Assembly: GCA_040954595.2 (NCBI GenBank)
Contig: CM082585.2
Span: forward strand, 7,031,808-7,095,807
DNA from: Balanoglossus misakiensis
Taxonomy: Eukaryota; Animalia; Hemichordata
Direction: 5' to 3'
DNA length: 64,000 nucleotides
Shown here: positions 39,501 through 52,230 of the stretch, one piece after another
How positions within the stretch are numbered: the stretch's first letter is position 1
How the letters are laid out: every line of letters begins with the position of its first letter
Position numbers and translations under genes: made by a program
Notes under the pieces: generated by a model
Seen by the model: the letters and a program-made list of their open reading frames with translations, nothing else
What the model was told of the DNA's origin: nothing
Database searches by the model: none

Positions 39501-42500
39501 TACGATGATTGTATGGTTATATACTAGTACATGAAAACACGGGATCGGCTTATAAACTGCTGTACCCATTTTCAATTGTGATTTTAAGTAATATTTTTAC
39601 ATACATGTATACATGTACTGGTATTTAGAAATTATATTAGTTTATTACCACAGTATATGACAATTTATGTGGGTCTTTACATTAAAAATGTATGTGTTAG
39701 TTGGCATAGATGTCATATGCGTAATTCCCTGAAGATTTTTAATCAAAGAAAAAAGATGAATTTCAAGGTGTGCTGTATCGAAAGTGACTCACCATCACTC
39801 CTTGATTTAATAAGGCCAGCAGGTGGCAATGACCTTAGCAATGACTTTACTGCAGGCAATGCATTAACTACAAATTGGAACAAATCATTCTGCAGTCAAT
39901 AGAAGTATATGTACGGCCCTGACATAGCCCTTGAACTATGTTTCAATTTTCATGATTACATTATCAGTGTGATTTCATGTTCCTTTTCTTGTAAGAATAC
40001 TATTAGTTTTGGTGATCACTGCAGTTGGATGTTCAAACTTGAAGAAAACTCTGGGCCCCATGTCATTTCTCCTATAGAGCCAAATTATCTCAAATTGACA
40101 AGAATCGATTCGAAGAGAGAGTATGTGACCAAACTTATTTGTTTTTAAGTGAAGTACAGAAAGTTTTATTGCTCAAGCCTTTTAAATTTATATCTCACAG
40201 GCGCAGCGCTACCGCAGAAATGGAATTTGTAATTCTGAACACAGTAAAGTTTCCGAAAAAATATCAGATTACTTCTTGCCATCAACCAAAATACCCTTTT
40301 GGGCAGGACTCTTGCACCATCAGCCCAAAATACCTTCTGGACACGACTGTTATTATCTTGAGTTTTCGTCATCTATTGGAATAAAATTGGATTATGTTTC
40401 ACCACCTGGTGCATTGATTGCGTCCATTGCCTGGATCAAGTTTACTGCTTACGGGGCTGTTCTTTATATACATGTACTTTGAATTTCAATTTTGTTCAGT
40501 TCCTGTCTGATTTTACTTCATTGTAGATGGCTCTTCACTGCTTAAAATTTAACCTCAAAAATGGCTTTTTATATTGGCATTTGAGGTGTATAATAATAGA
40601 GTTATACAAAAATATGGCAATTAATGTATTGACCTGGACTTCTTCTGTTGGAGAAGCTACAGTACATGGTATACTGGATGTGCCCCAGCATATGGTGTGT
40701 CGACTAGACTATATCCACGGAGTCCTTGTCCATTCATGGCCGAATCTAGTGAATAATTTCAAATTGTAGTATGACATGAAGATGTATTAGCTCAACTTCC
40801 TTCCAGGACTGATGGAATGACCAGAACTGAATGATCTATTTAAATGTTAGGAGAGTTTACGTTTGCTGAAGTAAAGACAGTCCTTGTCTCATAATTTCAT
40901 GGATACTTTAATGTATTTCCGGGATAGGCAGCTGAATTTGAAGATGGGAAAGTGACTGTGGGAAAATAAGCTTCTGTCGTGTTAGGAGTGTATGATTTGC
41001 GCTTGGAGCATTTTGTTGTAGTTTGTACAGCTGAATTCTATCAAAAATACACAGAAATAAATCTTTTGAATGTTTGGTCATATATATACCCACCGGTAAT
41101 AAAAGATTGATAGCTGAAGATTCCATAAAATGCGCAAGGCTTTCAAGGAGGAATTTTATGAAAACTCGATATCTGTGTTCAGGTTGTCGTTTCTGTGTGG
41201 AACCAATTAGATGTTAAAACTCTCAGATGTAATGTCCCCAAAACAAATAGCTTAGCGGAAGTTATAAATGCCATGTATTGATATCGTGAGAGTTGCTTTC
41301 AAGCTGCTTCTGTTTGCATCATCAAGTCTGGTAATATCTAATAGTACTGCTTGCTATCTCAGGGTTTTATTTTAAATGAAAGTTCAACCTGTGAGATTCT
41401 GAAAATGTGCATTGAATCTTAGCATTTATTGCCAGAAGCCAGCGTATTTCCAAGGTGACGTTTGTCAGTTGCACAACTTAAGAGGTTTGCTATTAGAAGT
41501 GTCGCTTCAGTCACGATTATTACTCATCACACACTCGAGGAGTTCAAAATGTTGAAATATCAAAAGTCACAGACGTTACAAATTAATGATATATTTCATC
41601 TTCCTTACTAAAAGCTGTGATTCACAAAAAAGACGAATAACAAAAATAGCGAAAAAAGAGTGTGGCTAAATAAGACTGATCTAATACCTTGAATTGATGC
41701 AGCGACTGATGGGTTTCGCATTACTGCGAGAACAGCCTCTCTCTTGACTGTGCCTGTTGTCATGGTTACTCAGCTTAATGGTGAAAACGTCTTCCATGTA
41801 CATATGGATCAGTATTTAATGTGACTAATCCATGGAAGTTGTGGACAAAGCCGAAACCTTACTAATATCTTAGTCATCATCATCCCCTTTTGAAGTATTC
41901 TGATTACCGTGGTATAGTCGGTAGGCCGAAGATGGAGCCTTCGATTGTGGAGTGTCTAATCCACAGAACTACTCAGACATGCATAGATCCCACCTGCTTT
42001 TAGGAGATGCGGTTGAAGATATGGAAAAGAAGATAAATGTCTGCATGTTCGCCTATTATTACTTTTTATTTCCAACAGAATGGAATATTTCTGTTTGCTT
42101 CTGTATCTGAAGCCATCATCTCATCCGTATCTTGATGACCCATGCATCCATCAGATTCAGCGTTCTGTTGAATTAATGCACACAGATGTATAGGCCTGTA
42201 GGGATAGGACTTTTTTTTAGCAAGGAAGCTTTATTTTATAATATTATCTTATGGGGAAAGATAAATTTATAAACTAGCCCCTTTGAGTGTGCCGAATTTT
42301 ATGTGCATTCATAACAAACTTTGAATCGCGTCCGCCCACGCTACATGTATATCATATATGCATGGAGATCGTGAACAGGCAATGAAAAATGTTGAAATTG
42401 TACGGCATTTTGTTTGCACTAGTGAAATGTTGTTTGTGTGAATCTTCCAGAGTGGTTGTAAAACCGAACCCAGTTTAAATGGGTGTGAAATTACACCATG

Positions 42501-43470
42501 AAAATGAGTTTTTGAACCTTTGAACTGCATTTTATAGATTACAGTGCTAATTTGTGAGTGAAAACAGTGGCTAACCCCCTATATGATAAGTGAAAATCAG
42601 TGCAGGCGTAATTTTTACGTTATAGTTTCGCCCAAGATTAAAAAAATTCATGTATCCAGGGGTGGTTGCCATGGATAAAAGGACATGAGACATAACAAAC
42701 ATTTGCAAACTTGCATATAATTGGCTCAATTTTGTTAAACTATATAAGAGTGTAGTTGTGCAAGACGATTTTAAGTGAGCAATGCTGTACCATGAAGTAA
42801 GTTTCCTAAAGTTTTGTCAATAAGAATTTCCTGACATCATTCACAGAGCAAAGCCTCTTATGAAAAGTTGACATGGTAAAAATATCAGCAAAATTCATCA
42901 TTCTAAATGGCTACAAGTTGGTGCAGCAGGATTTTGTAAGCTAATATTTCTTATCATATTGCTAACTGAAATGCTTGACTGACACTTCATGGTGATTTGT
43001 GTTGTGCATATTGAACAGCATCAATTTGTTTTTTTCATACTGGCTGACCATCTTACTTGATGCTAGGGGCTTTTAACGCTTTCAACCGTTAACTTTTGCA
43101 CGCAAAATTGAGCACCCTAATATTACTTGACTCCCTGCATAACTGGAAGAGCATAAAGTGTGAAAGGGGAGCGTCACTGATACTGGGCTAAAATAGTGCT
43201 AACATTAGGCTAGTCTGATGCAAGCAACCTATCAGCACTGGCTAGCACTGTGACATTTGCTAACACTAGGCTAGTGTGTGTATCACCATAAGCCGGCAGT
43301 AGGTTGGTACAAGTTTTGGATTTTGATGGCAGTTCTAACACCAGATCCTCAGTCAGATTTATTGGCTTTTGCATTTCAAAATTATCATTGTCAAATATCC
43401 ATAAATAAAGCTGTATTAATTAATCGACATGTGCTGACATAAAGATTCTTTTCTGATGGCATTGAAGAAT

Positions 43471-43490
43471 CCCCCCCCCCCCCCCCCCCC
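43471..43490. repeat. C20 homopolymer
   Basis: Directly visible. A G12 run is also present at 5982-5993. Confidence 0.95.
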
Positions 43491-43974
43491 ATGAGAATTT
43501 GATCTACCATAGTCTTGCAAGTAGTTTCTGACAGGGACATCATTAGACGATGGACGTGCGAGTCATTTAAAGAGATTTTGCTCCAAACACAGGAAAAGAG
43601 GAAAATATTAAAAGAGTTATGCCTGGAGAGTTTTTAAGTGGACACATATAATTGAATTCACATGATGGTGTGCAATTTAATAGGTGCTTTCAAAATATTA
43701 TTGAATTATGACTTTGATGAATGGTGATATTAATTGTCTCTTAACAAAAAGTTTCTTTCTGAGTGGGGCATATGTACAGTATTATATTGCTGTGATTATG
43801 CTTTTATTGGAAGGGCCATTATATCCATATTTCAGCTTTTGCCATTATCTTTTTACTGACAGAATGGGTTGGAGACCACTTCAAGTTACAAAAACGAAAA
43901 ATCATATTCTTTACCCAGAGTGGATCTGGGCCTGCTTGATGTATATAAATAGTCAGTCACTGAGCATTCTGGTA

Positions 43975-44056
43975 GCTCTAAAAGCTCAGCTGTAACAATT
44001 GTACAGTTACTCTGTACATACATGTGCAGACACTGGTGTTGTGAGTTCGAGTCCAG
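43975..44056 (+). mobile_element. Possible degenerate tRNA-derived SINE head
   Basis: A-box-like AAGCTCAGCTG (~43982) and B-box GTTCGAGTCC (44045-44054); no cloverleaf could be built. Confidence 0.3.
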
Positions 44057-47000
44057 TCAGTTTTCTTCTAAGGATATGACATACAGAAATGAACCTTTTC
44101 AGGAATATTTTTCCAATAACACCAGAATCAGCATTTTTCCGTGTTTATCCTTTTGCTGCTATTTGCATTCTGTATAATAGACACATGTATGAATATGGAT
44201 GACACTAAAAAATCCGGGGAAAAAAAAGCTGGACCAATAATATTTTTGTGTGGACTTATTTGACAAAAAAGACTGGTGAAATCTCCTAAAAGCTGAGTGT
44301 AAAGTTTGAGTGGTAGAGTAGCAGCACTGAAAATAGACAACCAGTTTTGCAGTCTGGAAAGGGAAAGGGAAATGTTTGAAATTCTGTGCATGGAGCAGGG
44401 TTTGCTGACATACATGCACATCAGTGCTAAATGGCGGTGCTTCAGGAAGCAGTTATGCCTTGGAAAATTCCATCCAATTTAGCAGTAGGATAAAGTTTAT
44501 GGCTATTAAGATTTTCCATTAAACAACTGGCCTCTGCAGCTTAGGTCTGTTAATAATTCCAATCTTCTGGACTGTTTTGTTCAATTCACTGCCCCAAGAG
44601 AAAATACCTTTATGCAGCAAGATGAACAGCTCAATTCACCGGGAGCTTTTGAGAATTTAAAGTTTCCAGTGAAAGAGGAAATGAAGAATGGTAGGCTGGT
44701 ATCTAGAAGAAGCAATGTACTGGTACACTTTATCAAATTGTGTTAGTAGTTCGGAGGCAAACCAGTATCCGCCATTTCTGCCGTTAAATGTATCCATCTT
44801 TTTCAGGATTGTATTTGATCCTCTGCAAACAAATGTCTAATATTAATTTTATCATCAATGATGTTTCACTACCCAACTTATTCATGTGTGATATAGCCAA
44901 AAATGAAGTCTGGGTTTTATATACTTGTATTTAAAATTTTTAAAATTACTATCTTTAAGAAGACTTGCAATAAAATTTCATTCAATAAATTAAAGGTAGG
45001 AATGAAATGTTAATGAGACTCAAGGCAGAGGAAATATCACAGTTCAAACATTATTTTCTTCTGACCAGAGTCTGCACTAAAACTCACTTCTAAATGTGCA
45101 ATATTTCTGTAGGTTGTAGTTATGCAACCTCGAGATGGTTGATACTCTGCACTTTTAACCCTGCATACATGATTAATTACATGTATGGACTTCCTGCATA
45201 CCGTCATAGATTAATTTGAAAATTTTACACTCTGTCTGGCAAAATGAAACCACCTGAACATTGTTCCTGGTGACGGCAGATCTCATAAATGATGGCTGAC
45301 CTGCCAAAGGGCAAGAGATCACCTATGTGGTGTTAGACGGGTATGATATTAAGCTTTTCATATTACCCAACAGCTTAGTTTTTTTACTGACACGTGAATC
45401 CATGCATATAATGAGATTTTTTGTTGATATTATGCCACCATACTCATGAATAATATTCCTTCATGTACTGGAATGTTGCATTTGCGATGTGATTCATACT
45501 CATCCAAACCATCAACTGTCAGTAATATTCACTGGAATTTTCACATGCTTTGCAAACTATGGAATTTTCCATGTAGTTTGTGCGTAATTTCATTCAAATT
45601 AATTAATGAGCTCTTTATGTTATTAATTAAGATTATGCATACTGTTAAGTTGACTTTTAATGCCAAAAGCAAGCATTTACCATTTCCAATAAAACTACAT
45701 TTGGACATAACAGTAGTTGCAACATCATCGAACTCTGGAACACAAACAGTTTGAAATACATCTGAGTGTGCAAATTCTGTGACATGATTGGTTAGCAATG
45801 ACGTCATGGACATAATGAGCCATAACAAATATATGTGATGTATTTTTTTTACAATGAACACTTTTTCAAAATTCTTCATCAAGACCTTAATTGTGAGTAA
45901 ATGAATGACTGATTGTGACTCAAAAATGCCGTGTTTGCAAATTAACCCAGTACTCTGTGGGTTATATTTCATGTATAATGAGTGTCAAATTTCTATCCCA
46001 ATTACAGAGACCTGAATAGAATGATGTCAACTTTCAGACATCAGAAACCAAATTTAAAAGTCTTGTATGCCTTTGGCCTGTCAGTGCAAATAAACCACAA
46101 CAAATTGAGCTCCAAAGATTCACATCCAAATGTTGTGCACAATTTTTAAGTCGTACATTTTTGCTGAAATATCTTGTCCTTTTTCCATGGCATATTTAGA
46201 GTTTGTGAATGTTTAACAATCTCTTAAGTTTTTTGACAGAATTATAGTGCTCGTTGAAATAATTTTCCCACACCTGAGTCCTTTCCAAGGGCCCTGAAGA
46301 CCATACCATTGATATCGTGGGGAGTAGAAACCACCTTTAATACCCAAATTAAATGTAAACATAGAATCAGCTAAGTATCAGTTTTGATTGAAATTTGTTT
46401 ATAATTTTTAATAAATCGCAATATGTTGTCGTTTTAATGGCTTTTTAGTGATGTCACAACCAAGATCCCACTGAGCGTGCCAGAATCCAAAGTGGTTTGG
46501 CTTAGTTTTCACTTGAGGAGAGAGGGAGAATGAAATCTGTCATAGTTGACAAATCTTCCTGGAGGCCCTCGCTTCTGTCAAGGAATTTTACCGCAACTGT
46601 AGCAAGCAATCCCAAGGGAGGAATAGAGAGAGAGAAAAGCCAAGGACTTGTTTTCTTCCTGCATTCCATGGCTTTGAAGGATGCCGTATTCTTGAGCCAG
46701 ATAATGGAAACCTCATCCTTGTACTCTTTTCTGTCCATCTCCACTCTTTGCCTAAATTTAATTTCTTTGATCATCAAATTATCACCCCAGCCTTGCATGG
46801 ATATGGCTCAGATATTATATGCTGTAAATTGCATATTGATAAATTGTTAGCAGTGAGTCATTTTAATTAGTATGTACAGCCATGTCAAATTAATATTATG
46901 TTTCTGATGTTGGGTTTTCTTCAAAATTGATACCTCTGTCTTCAATTTAAAATCAAACTGTAATTAAAATTGAACTGTAATTAGGTTTTGCATTATTGAT

Positions 47001-50000
47001 AATTCTACATTGTAAAAATGGCATACTCAGACTGGGAGTTTGAGGCAAACAAAACCCCAAAAGATGTTTAACAGGAATAATAGAATACACAGTTGAATTA
47101 CCCTTTTTTGCCTTAGTGTGATCATGGATAAAATTTATGATCAAGTAATGGTAAAAAATTGTATAAATAATTGCATTATGTACCGGTACATGTATGTTGC
47201 CCAGTGCTGATGTATCTCTGACCTATCGGCAATGAACAGTTGGCATGGCAACAGTGATGATGACAGAAAATATTGGTGTTGAAAATTGATGTTGGCCAGA
47301 CCACCGTCCTCTTTTCCCCTTCAGCTGATTTCATTTTGTTTCAGACGTCAGAAAATTGGTGGTTGTTGGGGGGACTCGCATGGGGACTGTGACATATCAT
47401 GCCCTCTGAGGTTAGTTTAGCATAGTGATATGGGACACTCTGTGCAAACACAGCTGGTCTCCACCTAACCGCTGAAGAAAAAAAAAACAAGGGAAGGAAA
47501 AAAATATGATGGACAAATGAAGTAATTATTTCTTTAATATCTGCCGATTTATTTTTAGAAGGTAATTACCAAAATGTTGTTGAGAATGCGGGTAAAGAGA
47601 AACAGGTCTGGCGAAGGTAGAGTAGCTTATTAAAAGGTAATTTACTGGGTGATTTGGTTTGTGAAGACAGGAGCGTAGACTGTGTACGCTGCGTGGCGGT
47701 TGAAGAATTGTTTCGGGGAGGATGTGCACTTGGGAGAAGAGCGCAGTCTCTGTTTCACCTGGCCCGTCACGCAGGCAGCGTCAGCCCCCAGTTGTATGGA
47801 AACTTGCAGGGGCTCACGTTTGCCTGGCGCCAGAGAAATTAACATTTGATAACCGGAGTGGATACGGCCTAGCAAAGCTCGAACGCAATCCAGCCAGCTG
47901 GTCAGAGCATGTAACGGTTGTCCCGCGATCCTCACGTTCCATCACATCACTGCGCTAGAGAGAGAGAGAGAAAAAAAACTTTCAAGATGGTACTTGGCTA
48001 TGATGAGGATATCTTGCAGCTGCGAGCGGACTGCTTCGTGTCGAGGCAACTGGATCTGTATCTGGTACATATGAAATCATTTATTTTTCATCTGTTTTAA
48101 TTTTGTTAATTTGATGCCATGTCGACAAGCTGTCTTTGTTGGTGTGTGTGTTCATACCCTTCTTGAAACCCCTGTGAGCCAATACCTTATTCCTAGAAAG
48201 CAGTGCAAGTGTAAAAAAATGTTTGTATCGGGAATACTTTTCTCTATATATACTTTGTTTAATTAAAATTGCTGTTTATGTATTCTCAATGAGTATTTGT
48301 TGACTTAAATCAGCCCAAAACGTATGTAGTGATGGGGCCTCAACTGTGACAAGTGACAACTGCCATGTTGTACAGGTTTAATCTGTTCAGTTGGGGTTAA
48401 TGTTTTTTGCTGATTTGGCAAAAAAATTGTCCCTTGGAGTAATCATTCTAGTGTCGGTGAATTCTGTGAGTGGCACACCCTTTTCAAATAACAGTCAAAC
48501 TCAAAGTGAGCTTGTCAGTGTATAAAGTTTTCATCAGGCATTAATATTCTGCTCATCGAAAATAGGCCAGGAATGTGAAACTGTTTGCGAGGTGAAAACG
48601 CCATCCAAAGTTTCTCACTTTGCTTGTGCAACTTGATTAGATAGACCTGTAAGATTTATTTCTGTACTTAAACCACTGGGATTAGAATAATCGCCTTCTT
48701 TAAAGATGTGTCTCAGCAGAATCAGTACCAGTCGAAAGTAATTTTATGGTATACATGTTTCAGAGTTCTGAATATAAAAGAGATCATCTTATAGGGTGAA
48801 TTCTGTGATAAAACTTGTGTGTTTTTTTCATTTGTATAAAACATGCGAAAGTTAGACATTTTACGAAGGAGAATTTGTACATGTGGACCTTGTATTTTTT
48901 GCGGTGTTTATAGAGTCTGAATGTCTTGTCAGGAAGAGCTTCAAATGTTGTCCGTACTGAAAGATATCTCATTGCTGGTCATCATTGGTAATTGTAAGCT
49001 GATTAAATTTTCATTACCTGCGAAAATAGGCGACATAATTAAGATCTAGATGGCTTTGATGAGCGAGTTGTCTTCCGTGTTCTTAGCTGGAGAGGTGAAA
49101 GGGAGGACACAAGTTATTGAGCTGGATGTCGGCAATAAATCAAGATGATTATTTCTTTCATAATGACAAGGATAGCTGCGGTTAAAGAATGGCGAGCATT
49201 TCCTGCAATTAACTAGTTTAAAAGTAATGATGCCGCAGTGTTTAACATTCTTTTCTATTTTTAAGGGAACAAAAATGAACATTTCCTGTGGTAAACTATG
49301 AATTAAGAAAACACTGTCTAGATTGATTCTAGTTTCTAATTATGTGTTGTCGACTGTATTTCCAATTTGTAAGACGAATGGAAAGTCTGTGATGACTTTT
49401 GTTAAAGACTAGCAAGTCAGCTGACATTTTCACAGGTTCAGAGAATGCACAAAAGTCGTCATTTCCAGACCACTGAAAGACTTCACATTCATCTACGAAT
49501 AATCGCTGTAAAAGGGGTGAATCTGTAGAAGTAGCCAGTATGACATCACCATGAGTTAATTAAATGTCTTCGTAACTGACTTCTGGCTCTTAACTATAAT
49601 CACTAGCCCATCCTGTCAGAATCGACTTTAGCTTCCCAATTCTGAACAGCACCTTTTTAATTGAATTTTCACTAGATACAATGTCTGGTGATTTGTTAAA
49701 TAAACCAATGTCATAGTTGTGATGCCAATGCTTGTACAGTATAACTGTACTTCACTTTATCATGCTTTGCCGGAATTGGTGATGTCAGATCAGTTGTCCA
49801 AATCGACCGAACGCGCGCACTATCCACACTCTGAATAATCACTGAATCAGGCAATAATATACTGTACAATGTTGTGCTCAACGTATTTTAGCCATTTAAT
49901 ATAATTTTAAAAGATTTTAAATGATGACGATTTTATTTTTTGTTAGATGTAGGAGTGACTTCTGTAAAACTTTGTGCAATATCTGCTCTCAGAGCAAAGA

Positions 50001-52119
50001 CAGTTAGATTAAGGAGATGGAGTAGTTGAAAATCTCCTAGCTCAGTTGGAAAGATTTCGAGCACAGTCAAGTAATTGTGTCTGGCTACCAACATGTCATC
50101 CTGTATATTGGAGTGAAGGCAAGGTGTATAGCTATAGTGTGAGGTGAATATAAGATGTGCTGACTAGGTACTTTGATGATATTTGTGGCAGGCTTTTTGG
50201 CAATGCAGTGTAACATGGCTATATACAGTGATGTGGGTGGTATGAAATTAAGAATCAAGCCCCTTTAAACCCAGAACCTTTACTCAAGAGTTTTGTTATA
50301 CATGTACTAAGGAATAGAAACTTCTGAGTAGTTCTCCCTGAAGAGCAGATGATTTGTATGCAGCTCAGCTTGGGATGATAGCCACTTGATAGCTGCAACC
50401 TTGAACAGAATTGCACGCAGTAACTTGGTAGTAAACACTGGATGATTGGCGGCCGAGCTGAATACTAACACGATTCCCCGGTCTCATCTGAACTGTAAAT
50501 TAAAATAAAATTAGAGTTTGTGCCTGGGAGTTAGGGAAAAACGTGATTTCTAGCCCATTTCCCGGTTTCACAACATCGGCATGTCATCATATTTTGCCTT
50601 GAGCGCTGTTCAGAGGAATTCTGAAGAACATCACTTCGTGAAGAATTTCTTTCTAAAGTTGCTTTGTTAAACTGGAGTGAATCTGATCAGAATTGAAACC
50701 AGCCATTCATTTCGTTATAATGTAGATGAATGTTGTAAAGTAATGGGTCCTACTATTTCCAAAAGAAACCATGGAGAATACTCTCAAACGATAGCACATT
50801 TTTTTATATAAAATTTGCTCTTTTAAAAGATGAAATGCCTGAAACTTTCTTGAACAAATGCATAAAACATTTCTGTTGTCTGACTCTTCCGTTCGCCCAT
50901 TATTTTTTTCATTGCCAGATTGAAAGACTTGATTTACATGATGATATTTTGTGTGAAGAGATTCTTCTGAATAAAGTGGTTCCGGACAGTTTTCACAACA
51001 TGTACAAGCATCCAGTTAATCCGACATCTTTTGCTTGTCACGCCCACCGGATACAGTTAAATTCTAGGTCAAGGTTAAAGTGTTTTTCAGACCATAAATC
51101 ATTAAAACACAAGCTTGTGATTGAGATTTCTAATTTCCAGAAACTTCCAGCCAATTTAGAGTTTCATGTATCTAGTCATAAGAATACTTCAAGATCTTAC
51201 AAATACGTTTCCATTAGAGGTTCAACATTGATTTGCAAAATATCACTGAGAAATAATTATAAAATCGTATTCCTACTTTGTAAAAGTCAGTCAGTAGAAT
51301 AATCTGTCTCTACATTGTTTTATAAGAGACTTTAAGGAGTGAAATTTCTATCTTCAACTGATTGAAGTCTAGTGGACAGGAAGAGGTAGTTTCACCATCT
51401 AATATTTTAACTGTTCTGGAAAACCTTTTCCCCCACTGCATCAGGAAATTTCTGGCTTCCTGCCAACGCTTTATTGACATCCTTCTCGAAATTGAATGGT
51501 AATTTCAATGTGAAAAGGGATCTTGTTAAACACTCCAGACATACGTGTCATAGATTGGAGGCTTTGTGGGGGACGGATTCAAATACTCCTTTTGCCATGG
51601 AAACCTAATGGTGTGACTGTTCCCCACAAGGGATACAGCATCAGCTGTACTTTGTTTGTCAAATGAATGTCTATGCTGTCCACATACACACAGAATGGCT
51701 TTTAGGTATCATGAAATGACAGTTACCAGAAATGTCAGTGGAAGTAATTCTGCTGAAATGTTACCATTCACTCACTTTCAGTCTTCAACCAAAAGGTTTC
51801 AGTTTTAGCTTTCATTAAAGTCCAGGAAATTGATATCACTCATGGAAAGTCATTGAACGTCCTCAAAAAATAACATTTAGACATGGAAAGTCTTGGCTAA
51901 TCAAGCTGTTGTCAATAATTGTGTGATGAACGTTTGATACTCCTGCATAATTACTCCGGGAAAATAGTACTTATGACCTCCAAATGTCTTTGAAAATCAC
52001 TCAAAGACACCGGAAAGGAAAGTTATTACATACTTTTTAATGGTCTGTTGGGAATGTTATACCTTACTTTGCACAAATTTGCTTAAAAATTCATTCTCAC
52101 CGGTTTCCTATCCAAACAG

Positions 52120-52230
52120 GTAGACAACTTGAGCAAAGAAGAAAAGGCCGCCATATGTATCCAGTGTCATTTCAGAGGCTACATGGGCAGGAAAAAATAT
52201 CTGGAACTTCTTTATGAACAGTTCAATCAA
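52120..52230 (+). CDS. Coding exon containing a canonical IQ calmodulin-binding motif
   Basis: Acceptor tttcctatccaaacag and donor CAA|gtaagt; 111 nt, phase 0/0. Encodes VDNLSKEEKAAICIQCHFRGYMGRKKYLELLYEQFNQ, which fits IQxxxRGxxxR. Confidence 0.88.

Noticed and set aside
50037-50075. TAGCTCAGTTGGAAAGA tRNA A-box-like sequence
   Set aside because: There is no properly spaced B-box, acceptor stem or cloverleaf, so it is not a tRNA gene.
50835-51302. Longest ORF in the track (155 aa)
   Set aside because: It has no recognisable motif, intron-like composition and no convincing splice-site pair.
52117-52123. Alternative acceptor cagGTAG 4 nt downstream
   Set aside because: It would frameshift the IQ exon; the upstream CAG gives the coherent frame.
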